64,000 bases of DNA from Camelus ferus (GCF_009834535.1 NC_045696.1:58158001-58222000), one strand, 5' to 3'; shown: positions 1 to 14,250, counted from the first letter of the stretch. The notes: a model not told the origin generated them from the letters alone. Translations and numbers: made by a program.

Positions 1-59
1 TTCCATTGAAAATATTTTGCTTAGAATAGTGACCTTAAAAATTAATGACTCTTAAACTA

Positions 60-2095
60 AACTATTCCAGACAAAGACATCATAAGTAAACTACAGACCT
101 ATATCTTATGAATATAGACCCACAAGTCTTGAACAAAATACCAGCAAACCAAATCCACCGACATAAAAAGGATTATACACCATCACCAAATGGGATTTAT
201 TTCTGAAATGCAACTTGGTTTAACATTCAAAATTCAACTAAGGTAATATGCTGTAACAGTAGGATGAAGGAGAAAAACTATGTGATCATCTTAATAGATG
301 AAAAAAAGCATTTGACAAATCCAGCACCCTTTCAAGATAAAAACACTCAGCAAATTAAAAATAGAGAGGAGCTCCCTCAACCTAATAAAGTGTGTTTATG
401 AAAAATCCATAGATAAGGTCATATTTAATGGTCAAAGACTGAAAGCATTCCCCCCGAGATCAGGAAAAAGACGAGATGTTTACTTTTGCCATGTCTACTT
501 AACATGGTGCTGGAGGTTCTAACCAGGGTCACCAAGCAAGAAAAAGAAGTAAAAGGCGTCTAGATCAGAAAGAAGTAAAGCTATCTCTGTTGAAAATGGC
601 ATGATCTTGAATATAGAAAATCCTCTGTAAGCTATATAAAAAAACTGTTAGATCTAAAAAAACAGGTTCAGCAAAAATGAACAAACTCCTAAAAAAGCAA
701 GTTTTAAGATGCAAGGTTAATATATAAAAATCAACTGTGTTTTTATGTATTTGTAATGAATAACCCAAATATATAGGAAAACAGTTCATTTACAATGGGC
801 TCAAAAAGAATAAAATACTTAGGAATAAATTTAACAAAATAAGTGTAAAACTTGCACTCTGGAGACTATAAAACACTATTGAAAAAAATGAAAGAAGACC
901 TAAAGAAATGGAAAGACATTACTGTTCATGTGTTGGAAGTTTTAATACTGTGAAGACAGTAATACTCCCCAAATTTATCTATAAATTCAGTGCAATCCCA
1001 ATTAATATTCAGCTGCCTTTGTTACAGAAATTGACAAGATGATCCTAAAATTTACATGGAGATGCAGGGGACTCAGAATAGCCAAAACAACCTTGAAAAG
1101 GAACAAAGTTGAAGGACTCACAATTCCCAGTTTCAAAACTTTCTACAAAGCTACACTGATCAAGACAGCATGATACTGGCCTAAGGTTAGACATAAATCA
1201 ATGGAACAGAAGTGAGATTCCAAAAAATAAACCATTACATTTATAGCCAATTGACTTTTCACAACAGTGCCAAGACAATTTGATGGGGAAAGAGTGGTCT
1301 TTTCAACAAATGGTATTGGAATAGCTGGATATCCATATGCAAAACAATCAGTTTGAACCCCTTCCTTACACCAGACATAAAAGTTAACTCAAAACAAATC
1401 ATATTTTTAAGAATGACACAAATGAACCTTATTAAAAAACAGAAGCAGACTTACAGACATAGAAAACAAACTTATGGTTACCAAAGAGGAAATGGGGAAT
1501 AGAGGGATAAACTGGGAGTTTGGGATTTGCAGATACATAATATTGTATATAAAATAGATAAACAACAAGGTCCTACTTCATAGCACAGGGAAGTATATTC
1601 AATACCTTGTAATACCCTACAATGAAAAAGAATATGAAAAGAAATATGTATATATGTATAACTGAATCACTATGCTGTACACCAGAAATTAACACAACGT
1701 TATAAACCGATTATACATCAATTTTTAAAAATAAACATCATTCCAAAAAAAAGATCTCACCTAAATGTGAGAACTAAAACTATAAACTCTTAGAAGAAAA
1801 CATAGGAGTGAATCTTCATGACATTGGGCTAGGTGAAGCCTTTTTATAAAGGACACCAAGGGCACAAATGGCAAAAGGAAAAATAGAAAAACTGAGATTG
1901 AAACTAGATTAATGGTTGCCTACGGCTGGAAGATTGTAGGGTAATGGATACAGTTTCTTTGGGGGATGGTGAAAAAGTTCTAAAATTGTAGCGATGGCTG
2001 CAAAATTCTATGAATATACAAAAACCATCAAATTATGCAGTGTAAATCTGTGAATTATGTTTCATGAATTGTATCTCAATGAAGTTGTTTACAAA
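60..2095 (+). mobile_element. Old L1 (L1M-type) ORF2 fragment and 3' end, interrupted by a younger L1 piece
   Basis: Decayed ORF2 sequence (aaagcatttgacaaatccagcacccttt, ttttcaacaaatggtattgg) and an L1MC/ME-like 3' end (ggggatggtgaaaaagttctaaaattg ... tatctcaatgaagttg). Confidence 0.85.
1405..1745 (+). mobile_element. Younger artiodactyl-type L1 3' UTR fragment nested in the old L1
   Basis: cacaaatgaaccttatt...acagacatagaaaacaaacttatggttacc...gaatcactatgctgtacaccagaaattaacacaac; same family as 50462-51121. Confidence 0.85.
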
Positions 2096-3212
2096 AATGC
2101 CAGTAGAAAGATGGGAAAGAATATGAACAAGGCAATCACAGAAGGTAAAATATAAATGGCCAGTGAGTATATGGAAGATATTCATTGTTACTCATAATTT
2201 TAAAAACTATAAATTAAAACAATTTGTTAGCTTTTTGTTGCTCCTCAGATTGACAAAGAATAAAGGCACTATTTGTGGTTAAGTGTCTTATAGAAATATC
2301 ATACCTTTTGATAAGAATATAGCCCTATAGTTAGAATTATCCTACTGAAAGGACCTCTAGAAATCACTTAATCCATTCCCTTTATTGACCCAGAAGCAGT
2401 AAGGGATTCATTCAATTTATAAGTTAATTAATGGCATAGACAGATCTATACTCCAAGGCTTCCTGACTTTTCTACCAGAGTCATGCTTTCCACTAAATTG
2501 GGCACAGTTAAAAGCTGGGACTTCATGTGCCGGAACTCTGTAGGGAATGATCAGGACTCTAGGAACCTTCCCTTCTGTTATGGTGTTAAACTAAGATTGT
2601 TCGGATGTTTATTTTACTTCTGATTGTTTAATGGCCTACGTTAGCTAGTCTTGGATTTGTTAAATTTTGCTCTCTATTTCTTGGTTTCTTTTTTCTTGGA
2701 TGCTTTCCTGTTCTGTTCAAATTTCCCATATAGCCTATGAATTGAGTCTGTCCATGCATCAGAATATCCTATCATTGATCAAATCTTCTCCTATCCTATT
2801 CTTACCAATTTTCTCAATCACATTCTTTATTTCTGAGGACCATGCTTATTAGACAATCATCCTAGACCTGTTTAAAGATCTCTCTTACAGATAGTACTGT
2901 TGATTTTTGTTTTCTCCAGTAGAGTAACATTTGTTTACTGCCTGTCTTTTTGTCTATGCGGTGTACTACCATACTTATTTACTTCTAGTAGGACTTCTTA
3001 CCTATGACCTACTAAAAGTTGTATCTTTATGTATGGATCTTTCTCACAAGACTGAGCTATTTTGGCTAGGCATGTATTATATTTTGATCGTATATCCAGA
3101 GCTTAGTTGAGGCTCAACAAATATTTTTTAGATAAATAAATACTTGAAATATTGAACTTTTTGTGTTATCTGATTAACGTTTTACTTTTTTTTGTTTTGT
3201 TTTCTTTTTCAG

Positions 3213-3342
3213 AATTTGGAGTTGTCTGCTTACTATTTTCTGCAACTCTAGCTTATTTCCCAACTCGGCCTCCTCTTCCTCCCAGTGTTGCTGCAGCTAG
3301 CCAGCGGCTGAGTTATCGGCGGAGCTTTTGTAGATTACTAAG
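3213..3342 (+). CDS. SLC49A4: SLC49A4/DIRC2 coding exon (probably exon 4), 130 bp, phase 1 to 2
   Basis: Polypyrimidine tract + AG at 3211-3212; GTAAAT donor at 3343. Translates (E)[42 protein letters not shown](S), recognisable as DIRC2. Confidence 0.96.
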
Positions 3343-4149
3343 GTAAATGTACTTAGAATCACTGAGTGGTTTTGACTAGTAGTTCAAGATAATTCCACGT
3401 TTATCTAAGGTAATTTAAGATAGTAATTTTTCAACAACCTATTAATCAGGTTGTAAATAGTAGATAAAAATACTGATTAAATATTTTAGAGGAATTTCCT
3501 ACCAGAAAGCTATCTTTAAAAATTGCCAAAAGCAAAACTTCTATAATTTTGCTTTTTCTATATACCACTTACACTGTTATTTACCTAATATTTAAAAAAT
3601 CAAATATTTTAGTTAAATAATTTTCTTTTATAAGGAAACATCACCTAGTAGGATCTGTGAAATCATGGGTTTTATGTGTTTATTGTATTTTTCCTAATAT
3701 ATGGATTATTTTTAGTCAATATATAGTTCCTAATACACATTAAAATAAGCAAGTGCTAGTCAGTACAAAATGAATAAAATAAATAACATTATTTACATAT
3801 CACCTAAAATCATCTTGAACCTCCAAAGGGATCATACTTTGAGGAACTTAATATTTGTTTTACTTTATTTTATTGGTATAACTTAAATGTAATTAGATTG
3901 AATTCTACCCTTGAAAGCTCAAATGCCCCAGTACTGAATTTGATTCTTTGAATATATAGACCATCACTGGTGATTATGATTTGTAATTGGGCCACTAGAA
4001 GTTGCCTTTTGAATTTTTTCCCCACTTAGTTGAGATGAGTTTTTATTGATTGATCAACAACTCTCCCTTGTCCATTCTTTCTTTTCTAGTCTTCCTCTCC
4101 CACCAGATGGTAAGCTCCTTTTGGCAAGAACTATCTTTGTATCCTCTAT

Positions 4150-5545
4150 ATTAATAATGTCCATTAGGTATTCTATAGTAAGCTATAATGAAAAATAATA
4201 TGAAAAGGAATATATGTATGTTAATATATATGACAAACATTATGCTATATACCAGAAATTGACAACATTGTAAACTGACTATACTTCAATAAAAAAAGTG
4301 TCCATTAGGTATATAATTAGAGCCACATGTATACTTTTAAATTTTCTAGTAGCCTTATTTTAAAAAGTGGAAAGAAACTTTAATAGCATATTTTATTTAA
4401 CTCAGTGTATCTAAAATATTATTTTAACATGCAATCAATATTCAAAATTATTAATGAGATACTTTATAGTCTTTTATTCATACAAAATCTTTGAAATCCA
4501 CTGTGTATTTTACACTTACAGGACATCTCAATTTAGATGCTAAATTTGCGTTAGAAATACTTGGTCTGCATTTAAATTTCATTAGACTTACTATTAAAAA
4601 AGTTTTCATTGAGCAGTGTCTCCCATATTGCAGTATTTATCCAAAGTTAAAAATAAATACTTGCGTTTTTTTCAAATTTTGAATCAACACATCTTTTATA
4701 CTATTTGAAAGGTGTTATATTCTACAGGCAATTGTTTGGACCTTAATTGGAGATCTTTCGCTTCTGTAGAATACATTAAAATTTTTTTCTCTTCATAATT
4801 TTAAGCAAAATTTCCATAGCTAAAGTAACAATTTCTTTTACCATCTCTCCATCTAAAAATGTCTTTTTGCATATGCAGGAATTCAAACTATTTTATAGCT
4901 GACCAAAATTATAAGCTCAGATCTGTAAAAAATTGTTTTAAAATGTTTGTTGGACATTTAATTTAGATTTCAGTCAACTAATTTTCTTGATTCTTTTTTG
5001 ACTTTAGGGGGAAACTTCTTATAAAATTCACCGTGTATTTGTTAAATATGGCCTTTAATATTATCCACTTATTTTTCCTAAAACTCTTTTTACACAACAG
5101 ACATCAATTTTACTCTGCTGTAATAAGTTGCATTTATCATTCATAATGAAATTTGTGACATACTTCGTCTATTTTCTTTCTGCATAGAATATTCATAAGC
5201 AAATTACAATGTTGTATCAGTGTGTAAAAAAAAAAAAAAAAGAACCGAGTTAGTTCATTGACACCAAGAAGATCAGTGGTGGGTTATAATACTAGAAACA
5301 GCAACATAGGCTACCCTGTGCACACGACAGTCATTTCTTACCCAGTGCAGCTGTTAAAGTGAAATGTAGTTCTGCCAAAAAAATTAAGTTGTGTTTAATG
5401 GAAAAATTCTTTTCACTCTTTCTACTTTTAAATTGGGTTTAAATTAATTAAAATGAAATAAAATTTAAAATTAATTCTTCACTTGCACTAGCCACATTTC
5501 AAGTGCTTACATTTGACTGGTGGCTGCCATGTTAGCATTGCTGTG
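4150..5545 (+). mobile_element. hAT-Charlie DNA transposon relic (MER33/Charlie5-like)
   Basis: MER33-like left arm (gagccacatgtatacttttaaattttctagtagcc...tacacttacaggacatctcaattt) and right end (ctagccacatttcaagtgc...gtggctgccat). Confidence 0.7.
4172..4298 (+). mobile_element. 127-bp 5'-truncated young L1 with 14-bp TSD
   Basis: L1 tail ...ccagaaattgacaacattgtaaactgactatacttcaataaaaaaa; TSD tgtccattaggtat at 4158-4171 and 4299-4312. Confidence 0.9.
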
Positions 5546-6689
5546 TAACATTGTTTTTCACACTTTGGTTTATAGCCATCCAATTTAATAGGTTGACTGC
5601 CTTTTTTTTTTTTTTAAGAAAATAGAATGGAATAAAATAGAATAGAAAATATTATTGCATGATATGTAGTAATGATACATATTTTTTGTGAGACTTTTGT
5701 TTTAGTATATATGTACTGAGTATTAGTAAGTCACTAAGTAAATATTTATTTCTTATTCTGGTATACAGTAAAAAGTTTTTGAAAACCACATCTCCGCAGC
5801 ACCTAGTAAATTGCCTTCCACATAATAGGCAAAGAAATATTAATTCAATTGAATTGTGATCAGTGACACACATTTATAAGATGAGAGTTAAAATGATAGT
5901 TTTTTTTTTAAGTGCTGTTTTAAGTTTTTCTTCCATGTAAAGTAAGAGGTTAGAGAGTAGTAGGTAAGGCTAGAGAGGTAGGTTAAGGTCAGATTATGCC
6001 ATAGTAATAATTTTGGACTATTCTGTGGGAAATGAGGGGGTCACTGGAAGTTTTTTAAATAAGGAGTTATGTAAAGATTCTTCTGACAAGGAAAAAACAA
6101 CTTAAAATGATCACTCTGACCAATATATACCCTGTGATTACTCTACAGTCAAGATCTTTATTCTCTGTTTAAACTGCAGAGTGTAAGATCTTTCTTCTAT
6201 ATTAAAAACCCTTTGCACCAAAGCCTAACATTCCTTTGTCTCTTCCCATGTCCTTTAATCTGCAGGATTGCCTGCTTCCACTTTGGGCTCTCCAGGGGAG
6301 TTCTTTGGGCCTGCCGTGTTCCATTCCCCTGACCTACCTGTGTAGTCTTCTCTGGTTCCTCACAGAGCTTCTGATATCATTACTTCTTGGATTAATCAGA
6401 ATAACTCCTCCTCTAAATTCTAATTCCATTGTCTGCGTAGAAAGAAATCAATGGTTATGCTCTAAAGTTTCGACCACAGTTATTTATTTACTATCCATAT
6501 GATTCCCATCTCTTAATATGCATTTAACCTGTGTAACCTAATGTAAACATTTCTCTCCCTTTATACATCAGTTTAATGTTTGAAGACGGTGGTGGTGGTT
6601 TTTGCCTTTTAGACTTCATGAGTGGAGAGCTGAGTTGAACATGTTCCTTACTTCAGGACACTTGAGCACATTTATTCATTTACTTACTC

Positions 6690-8760
6690 ACTCATTCTTT
6701 TTATTTCCCACTCCCTCTCCCTTCCCTCTACCCAGGCCACCTTTCAAGTGCACTTAATGTATATCTCTTTGTCTCTGTGCCTTTGCAATCTGTGTGTTGT
6801 TTGTATGTACCTATGTTTAATTTATCTAAAGAGTGGCACATTATGTATCTCGTTCTGTTTGACTTTTTTCATTAAACACTATGTGGTTTTTTTTTTTATG
6901 ACTTTTCATTTTGGAAATACAAAGGTAGAATAGTTATAACCTTCATATCCCCATATCCCAATATCAACAATTACCAATTTATGGCCAGTATTGTTTTATT
7001 TCTGCTCTACCTCCTTCTCCCCTTCCTGTATCATGAAGCAAATCCTAGATGATAAATCATTCATCCATAAATATTTCAATATGTATAATATATGTTAAAA
7101 AGACAGAGACTCTTTTCAACATAAATATGGTACTATTATCACACTAAAAACTTTTAGTTTGCTATTATCAAATCAGCATTTAAATTTCCAATTGTCTCAT
7201 AAGTGTCATAAATGTCTTTTTTAACAATTTGTTTGAATCAGGATCCAGATTGGGTCACTGCATTGCAATTGACTCGAATGCCTTTAAATCTGTAGCTCTA
7301 AATTTTGTTGATTGTCTCTTTGTTGAGTAGTTTGCCAAGTTCCTCTGCCATTTGTATTTCCTATAAACTGTTAGCAGGAGCAACATCTGATTCAGGTTTG
7401 GGTTTCAGCTTTATAAGGCCGCTTCATGGGGGATGCTGCCTTCTCTCAGGAGGCACGTGATATTTGGACAGCTCTCATTTTGTGATATTAGGGCTCTGTT
7501 TTCAAGATATATCCCTGTGCCTGGGTACACCTAGTTCTTTGTACTACGTGGTATGAAACCATTACATTTTATCTACCGACTCCCATTTTGTACCCAGATT
7601 GCCTCCAACACGCTGTCACCACAAATACCACTGCAGTGACATCCTAATACACCGTACACCTAAGAATTCTGTGGAAAGCAGACCCTGCAACAGTATTGCT
7701 GGGTCATATTTTTAAACTTAATCTGCCAAGTATTGTCAAATTGTTCTAGAAAATGCCTGCACTTTCCTATACTTCCATTAGCAGTGCCCATTTCCCCATA
7801 TATTTACCAAACTTGGCATTATCCACCTTTGTAATTTTTACCAGTCTAACAGGTATACACAAATCTATATCTTTTGCTTAATTTTTATTTTCTGGTTTTT
7901 AATAAGTTTGGACTCTCATGCAGTTGTTTGCTGTTTAGGTTTCATCTGCTATAAATTCCTCTTCATAGTTTCTGCCCATTTCTCAGTGGTAGTTGCTATC
8001 TTATTCTTAATGATTTACATATTCTAGATAAAAGTTCCTTGTTGATTTGAAAAATTTCAAATATCTATTCCCATTCTGTTATCTGTCTACTAATTTTGCC
8101 AGTGAATTCCTCACTTATTAACTTTCTGCTTTTTTCTTTCACATTTAGGTTTTCAACCCACCGAGAATCTACCTTAGTGTATAGTGTTAACCAGTGATGC
8201 ACGTGGTTTTTTTCCTCTTTAAAATGAACTAGCACCATTCACTAAACAATCACTAGCCCTTTGATTTTCGTAGTGTCACCTCCATTGTAACTTGAGTTTC
8301 TGTGTCTTACCTCTATTTTCCTTCATTGTTCTCTTCATTCTTGAGCCAATATTATACTATCTCTATTACTCTGGGCGTGCAGTTTGTCTTAATAGCTGAT
8401 GGGACAAGGGCCTCCTTTTTCATATTTTTTAAGGGTGAGTTAGCTTTCCAAGGACTCTTATTTTCCCATATGAATTTTAGAGCAAATTTCTTGAGTTTCT
8501 AAAAAAAATTCAACTGGAATTTTAATTGTGATTGCATTGAATTATAGATTAATTGGGAGTGACCTGATAGCATGGACTCTGTCTCCATTTATTTAAGTCA
8601 TCTTCTGTGCCTAAATTAGATTAAAAGTTGCTTTTTTTTTTTTTTTAAACTTCCCACCCGCAGAGGTCTTGGGCCCTCCTGGTTTATTTCTAGATACCTT
8701 ATACTTCAAAAAAATTTTTAAAGCTATTGTGAATGGTATCTAATATTTATTACATCTTTA
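6690..8760 (-). mobile_element. Highly decayed L1ME-type fragments (boundaries approximate)
   Basis: T-rich sequence with antisense L1 motifs (gtattgctgggtcat, ggaattttaattgtgattgcattgaatta). Confidence 0.6.
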
Positions 8761-8836
8761 AATTAAACTTTACTTTGAGATAATTACAGATTCACAGGCA
8801 GTTGTAATAATGTTTTCTTTTATTTCTCTTCTACAG

Positions 8837-8945
8837 CAATTTGAGATTTTTGATGATTGCTTTAGCATATGCCATACCACTTGGCGTGTTTGCTGGCTGG
8901 TCTGGAGTTCTGGACTTAATTTTAACACCAGTGCATGTCAGCCAA
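8837..8945 (+). CDS. SLC49A4: SLC49A4 coding exon (probably exon 5), 109 bp, phase 2 to 0
   Basis: ttctcttctacag acceptor, GTAAGC donor at 8946. Translates [36 protein letters not shown] in phase with the previous exon. Confidence 0.96.
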
Positions 8946-9429
8946 GTAAGCATTTTATTTCTTTATATGTTATAGGTATTTTTAGTTCTCTAAAATTATA
9001 AATATCATCTACTTGTTCTTACATTTAGCTTCAAGGCCTGCTGGGTAAAGCATTATCCTGTATCATGTTGCAAAAGTAAGATCCTTATGAAATAGTTATA
9101 AAGAATATTGTTTTTCCTCCTAGATTTTGATAACAACTATGAATTCCACATTTATTGGGGTATTATTAATGATGTCAATAAACAGAAAAATAAAGAAGGA
9201 AATTCTTAGAATTCTTGATTCTTGCTTTATAAAGATTAAAATCCCATTGTCAAATATATGGCTATTCTGTCTAATTCCTTGCTTTCTCTCCAGTCTCAGT
9301 ATCATTTCTTTAAAAATAACTTCATCTCTATGTTTAATGACATCCATTCCTTCTCCTTGCTTCCAAATAGCATGGTAGAAAGGGTAGAGAGATTTGGAAG
9401 GTCAAATGGAAGAAATCCAGCCACTGATG

Positions 9430-10560
9430 TGACATTCCATTGTATGAATAAACAACTATTTACTCATTTTGCTTTTGATGAACATTTGGAAGGTCTGTAT
9501 TTGAGTTGTCATAAACAGTGCTGTACAGATCTTCTTACACATATTTCATGGTGCACCTGTGTATATATTTCTTTTGGATATTTATTTGGAAATGGAATTG
9601 TTGGTTATAGATTATGCCTGCTTTGATAGATGATGCCAGACTTTCCCAAAGTGGTTGTATCAGTTGATGGTCCTACCAGCAGTATCTGAAATTTCTTATT
9701 GTTGCACCTCATTAACAACACTTGGCAGTCTTAGTCTTTTTACATTTAGACATGCTGATGACTGTGCAGTTGTGTGCTACTGTAGTTGATTTCTATGACA
9801 TCTTTTTAAGTGTTACTGGGTATTTGAATATCCTTTTTTGTGACATACCTGTTAAAATCTCTTGCCCACTACTGGGCCACCTTTTGTTACTGATATGTAA
9901 AGAAGAGAGCTCTGCAAAAGGGGGCTCCCCAGAAGGCTGTGTGGGGTCCCCAGCAAATCTTGGCTGAGGAATGGTCTGTACATGTAAAGGGCAAACTTAC
10001 CAGGACTGTTGTGGAGTTGAAAGCAGAGCAAATATAATAGAGGGCAAGCAGCACTGGACCCTTGGAGTTCTGGCCCAGCAAGAATGACAAGACCTCATTA
10101 ACATTTTATTAACATCTTGGGCTTCTGCTGGGACATCAGAAAGGACAAACTTTAGAATCAAGGACCATACGCTAGATAGAGTAAGGACTATTCTACTTAG
10201 ACCCACCATAAACAAAGCCTAAAACTAACCCCTGACAAAAATCTGCAGAGGAGGCAATTTGGAGATTGAGTCCTGCCAGGTGAGAGGAGCTTGGGAAACA
10301 CTAGTTTCTACTAATCTACCCTAATAGAGCACAAAATCAAACCTACACAAGTTCGAGGTGATCAGCCATTAACTGAATGGCCTACTAACACGAAGATCAA
10401 CCATTTCAGATTGTTTTTGTTTTTTAAAATTAGACATGCAAAGAAACAGGAAAATGTGGTTCATATTTAAAATAAAAACAAACAAAAAACAGTGGTCAAT
10501 AGAAACCCACTGGAGATAGCCTAGATACTGGATCTGGCAGACAGAGACCGTAATGCAAGA
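9430..10560. mobile_element. Old L1M fragments: antisense 3' piece (~9430-9900), then a sense 5'/ORF1-proximal piece (~9900-10560)
   Basis: ggaaatggaattgttgg...ttcccaaagtggttgtatcag in the first part; agacatgcaaagaaacaggaaaatgtg...gatactggatctggcagac in the second. Confidence 0.55.
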
Positions 10561-10621
10561 GCAGAGAAATCTTCGCTTGCTTCAGGTTCATAAGTGTATT
10601 CCCCTGTGTTATCTTGCAGAA

Positions 10622-10838
10622 CTCTGTTGTCCAGTACAGTAGCCCCCAGCCACATGTGGCTTTTTAATTTGAAGTTTAAATTAGTTGAAATGAAATTAAA
10701 ATTTAAAATTCACTTCCATCGTGGCCCTGGCCCCTTTTCAAGTGCTCAGGAGCTACTTGGAGCTTGTGGGTACCATACTGGACAGTGTGGATCGAGAACA
10801 TTTCCATCATCATAGGAGGTGCTGTTGAGCAGTGCTGT
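10622..10838 (-). mobile_element. MER3-like hAT-Charlie MITE
   Basis: tgtccagtacagtagcccccagccacatgtggc...ttcaagtgctca...catactggacag...agaacatttccatcatcatagga. Confidence 0.8.
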
Positions 10839-10849
10839 TCTAGAAACTA

Positions 10850-12530
10850 TTGTTATTCCTGTCACATTTAAACCTTGAGTTGAATTTTGTGCTTATTATA
10901 AGGTAGGGATTAAGTTTCCTTTTTGCCGTAGTTATCCATTACCTAATACTAATTTTCGAAAAGATCATCTTTTTCTGCATTGCTCTCTAGTGTCATCTGT
11001 GTCATAATGAAGTGCCTTTATGTGCATGGATGTTTCTGAATTTTTTCCCTCTAGTCTACTTATCTATTTTTGTGCCAATACCAAATTGTCTTAAGTATTC
11101 TAGTGTTATAGTAAGTTTTTATATCTGGTAGAATAAATACTCCCCTTTATTGAGATTTTGATAGAATTTTTTGAATCTATAGGTCAGTTTGAGAATTAAC
11201 TTTTTTATAATAGTGAGTCTTCCAAACCATAATCATTCTATCTCTCTTCATTTACTGAGGTCCTAATGTCTCTCTGAATCTCTTTTCTGCAAAAATGCCT
11301 TCTGTATATGTTAGATTTATTCCCAGGTGTTGGATACTTTTTGATGCTTGGTAATCATATAGTTACCAAGTTGTAATTGGTAGCTTTTAAAATCTTATTT
11401 TCTGTCAGCTGGCATGTAGAAGTATAGTTAGTTTTCGCAAGTGAATGAAATACAGCTGATCTTGTATCCAGCAGTCTTGTTAAACTCTCACTTCCTTTTT
11501 AATTTATTCGTAGATACTTGGGCCTCTTTGCATACATACTCATTATTAGCTATGACTAATGACAAATAGATGGAGAAAAATACATTTAATAAAATCCAAC
11601 ATTGAGATGATCATATGGTTTTTCTCTTTTAACCTATTAATGTGGTAAATTATACTTATTGATTAGTAAATGTTAAACTACCTTGCATTCCTGTACTAAG
11701 TTCATTTTGTCAGTGATTTATCACACTTTTTATATATCACTGAATTCAGCTTGCTTATATTTTGTTGAGGATATTTTACAGTTATGTTTATAAATGAGAT
11801 TAGACTATAATTTTCCTATCTTGTCCTACCATTTCAATTTTAGTATTTTTGTTAGTCTCAAAAAACAAGTGTTTCCTCTTTTTCTATTCTAGGAAGAGTT
11901 TATGTAAGTTTGGTGGTTTGGGGCTTTTGTTTTTCCCTAAGTATTTGGTAGAATTCACTGGTGAAGCAATTTAGTTTTCTTTGTGGAAAGTTTTTGAGTA
12001 TAGATTCAGTGTCTTCAATAGTTGTAAAATTATTCAGATTTCCCACTTATTCTTGTGTCAGTTTTGAGAAGTTGTACCTTTCTAGAATTTGTCCATTTCA
12101 TCTCACTTTTCAAATTTATGGCAATAAGTTCTTCATAGTATCATTCTATGATTTTATTAGGTCTCTGAGGTAAGTGATTGTATTATTTCAGATACTGATT
12201 TTTCTGTATCTTCTCTCTCATTTTTTCCTTGAATAATTTCACCAGTAGCTATTTTTTGTTTAATCAATTTCTATTTTTATCTTTATTTTTCCTATTCTTC
12301 TGTTTTTTTGAATGAAGTCACTTTACTCTCCTTTTTCTAACTTTCTAACATGAACATGAATACTTAGACCCTTGATTTTTAACTTTTCTTCTCTAATACG
12401 TGCATCTTAAGGCTGTATATCCTTTTAACGTAGCTTTAGCTACATTCTGTGTTTTGCTAAGTAGGATTTTCATAATTATTCAATTTAGAATATTTTCTAG
12501 TTTCCATAGTGTTTTCTTCTTTGAACCAAA
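10850..12530 (-). mobile_element. Old L1M ORF2 fragments
   Basis: Antisense ORF2 motifs (ttgtgccaataccaaattgtctt, tatttggtagaattcactggtgaagc, tctagaatttgtccatttcatct). Confidence 0.7.
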
Positions 12531-13454
12531 AGTGTCCCCAAATATCAGGCTTGCCCCTCTGGGCTTTCTTCCCATCCTAGATTATGGTTCTAGCATTCTA
12601 GATTACCTTCCTGGCTCTCTGATACCTTCAGATAGATTTCCCACCCCAGATTTTCTACTTCTCAACCAGAATATTAATCCAAATTGTGTAATATTCCTTT
12701 CCCTTAGGAAGAAAGTCTTCCTTTAATTTCCTAACCCATTTTTCTGGATGGCAGGTATTCCAAGCAAGCTCATTTCCAAGAAGAAAACGTGTAGCACGCA
12801 TTTAGGTGATGCTGATTTTGCAGATCTTATGAATCATGTTATAAAGCCTCAGAAGCCCTTCCAGTTATCTCTGTACAAACTCTGAGAGGTATAGAGACCA
12901 TGAATCACATTAGGTATTAAATAAAAATAAAGTTAAATGAAAGCAGAACTTCTGGGTTGGTGGACACATGGAGATACTGCCCCCCCCCCAAATAATTAAA
13001 TTCAAGGAAAAACTTAAAGCAAAAAGCAAGTGTCATGAACAAAGGAAGCAGAAAAGCACAGAATGGCCCAACAGGACCAGAGTCAGTACAGTAGGATACA
13101 CAGTGGTTCATCACCTGATGCAGGACCCCACTGACCTAGGGGATAGATGAGAATGTTAGTGAGGGCCTCATAGTATTAATGGGCCTTAAACAATGGATAC
13201 TAAATGCAGCAAGAGGGGCACTCTGCATTTGTTAACTTATTTAATTCTCAGAAAAATCATAATTATCCCCATGCTCCTAATGAGGAAACTGAGACTTCGG
13301 GGTGTGAGTTGAGACAGAAGCCAAATCGTGGTAAGTGTTACAGATAACATGAATGATTAGGAAATGTAGGCAGCATTTGTAGGTTGCGCTGAATAAGTTT
13401 GTCCGTGAAGGTAGGAAAGAGAGCAGACAATAGACGATGGAGAAACATCATCAG

Positions 13455-13615
13455 GTAATAATAACAGCCCTAACCTTTATTGAGCACTTCTTATATGCCA
13501 ACTGTTGATCCAAGTTCTATATGCAAATCATGTCATTTAATCCATTTTATCAGTAAGAGGACATAATCTGTCCAGAGTCACAAAGCTAGTAAATGGCAGG
13601 GCCGGAGATGTTTCT
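13455..13615 (-). mobile_element. MIR SINE
   Basis: tttattgagcacttcttatatgcca...tcatttaatcc...gtcacaaagctagtaaatggcagggccgg. Confidence 0.65.
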
Positions 13616-14182
13616 CAAGAGTGGAGCAATCTATGCATTTGTAACCTAGCTCACATTCTCTGTCCAGTCTCCCCAGGTGCTCAGCCCCCAGTTCTCTCTC
13701 TCTCTCTACCCCCTCACTGTCTCTCTCTCACCTCTCTCTCTTCCACTCCTCCACTGTGTGTTCTTCTAATAAATTTTTAGTTATGCCAAATGTTTTACCA
13801 CTAAATTATTTCCTAATAGTTTTCTGTATGTTGGCTCTATTTAAACTTTTTAGGTCAATGACCATCTTTTCTCCTTTTACTGTTTTCTTAAGAGTTCCTA
13901 ATACAATGTCCAGCATGTAGAACACACACTTAAGAAATATTTGTGATATTGATTATTTTGTTCATTTAAATATTCCAATAAAAGTTAATTAATGATGTAT
14001 TTACTTAGTTAAGCTTGTATTAGTCACACATGAATCCTTTCATTTGATTCATTTTCTTAAATAGTATTTCCTAGATTTGCCATTTAGTTATTAACATGTT
14101 GATTATAGAGGATTTTTTTCCATGCCTTCTAAACTGCAGTGTGCTTATCTTGTATTAAATGTGTCTGCCACTTTCTTAACAG

Positions 14183-14250
14183 ATAGATGCTGGCTGGATT
14201 GGATTTTGGTCCATAGTTGGAGGCTGTGTCGTTGGAATAGCAATGGCAAG
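14183..14250 (+). CDS. SLC49A4: SLC49A4 coding exon (probably exon 6), 68 bp, phase 0 to 2
   Basis: ctttcttaacag acceptor, GTAAGA donor at 14251. Translates IDAGWIGFWSIVGGCVVGIAMA(R). Confidence 0.96.
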
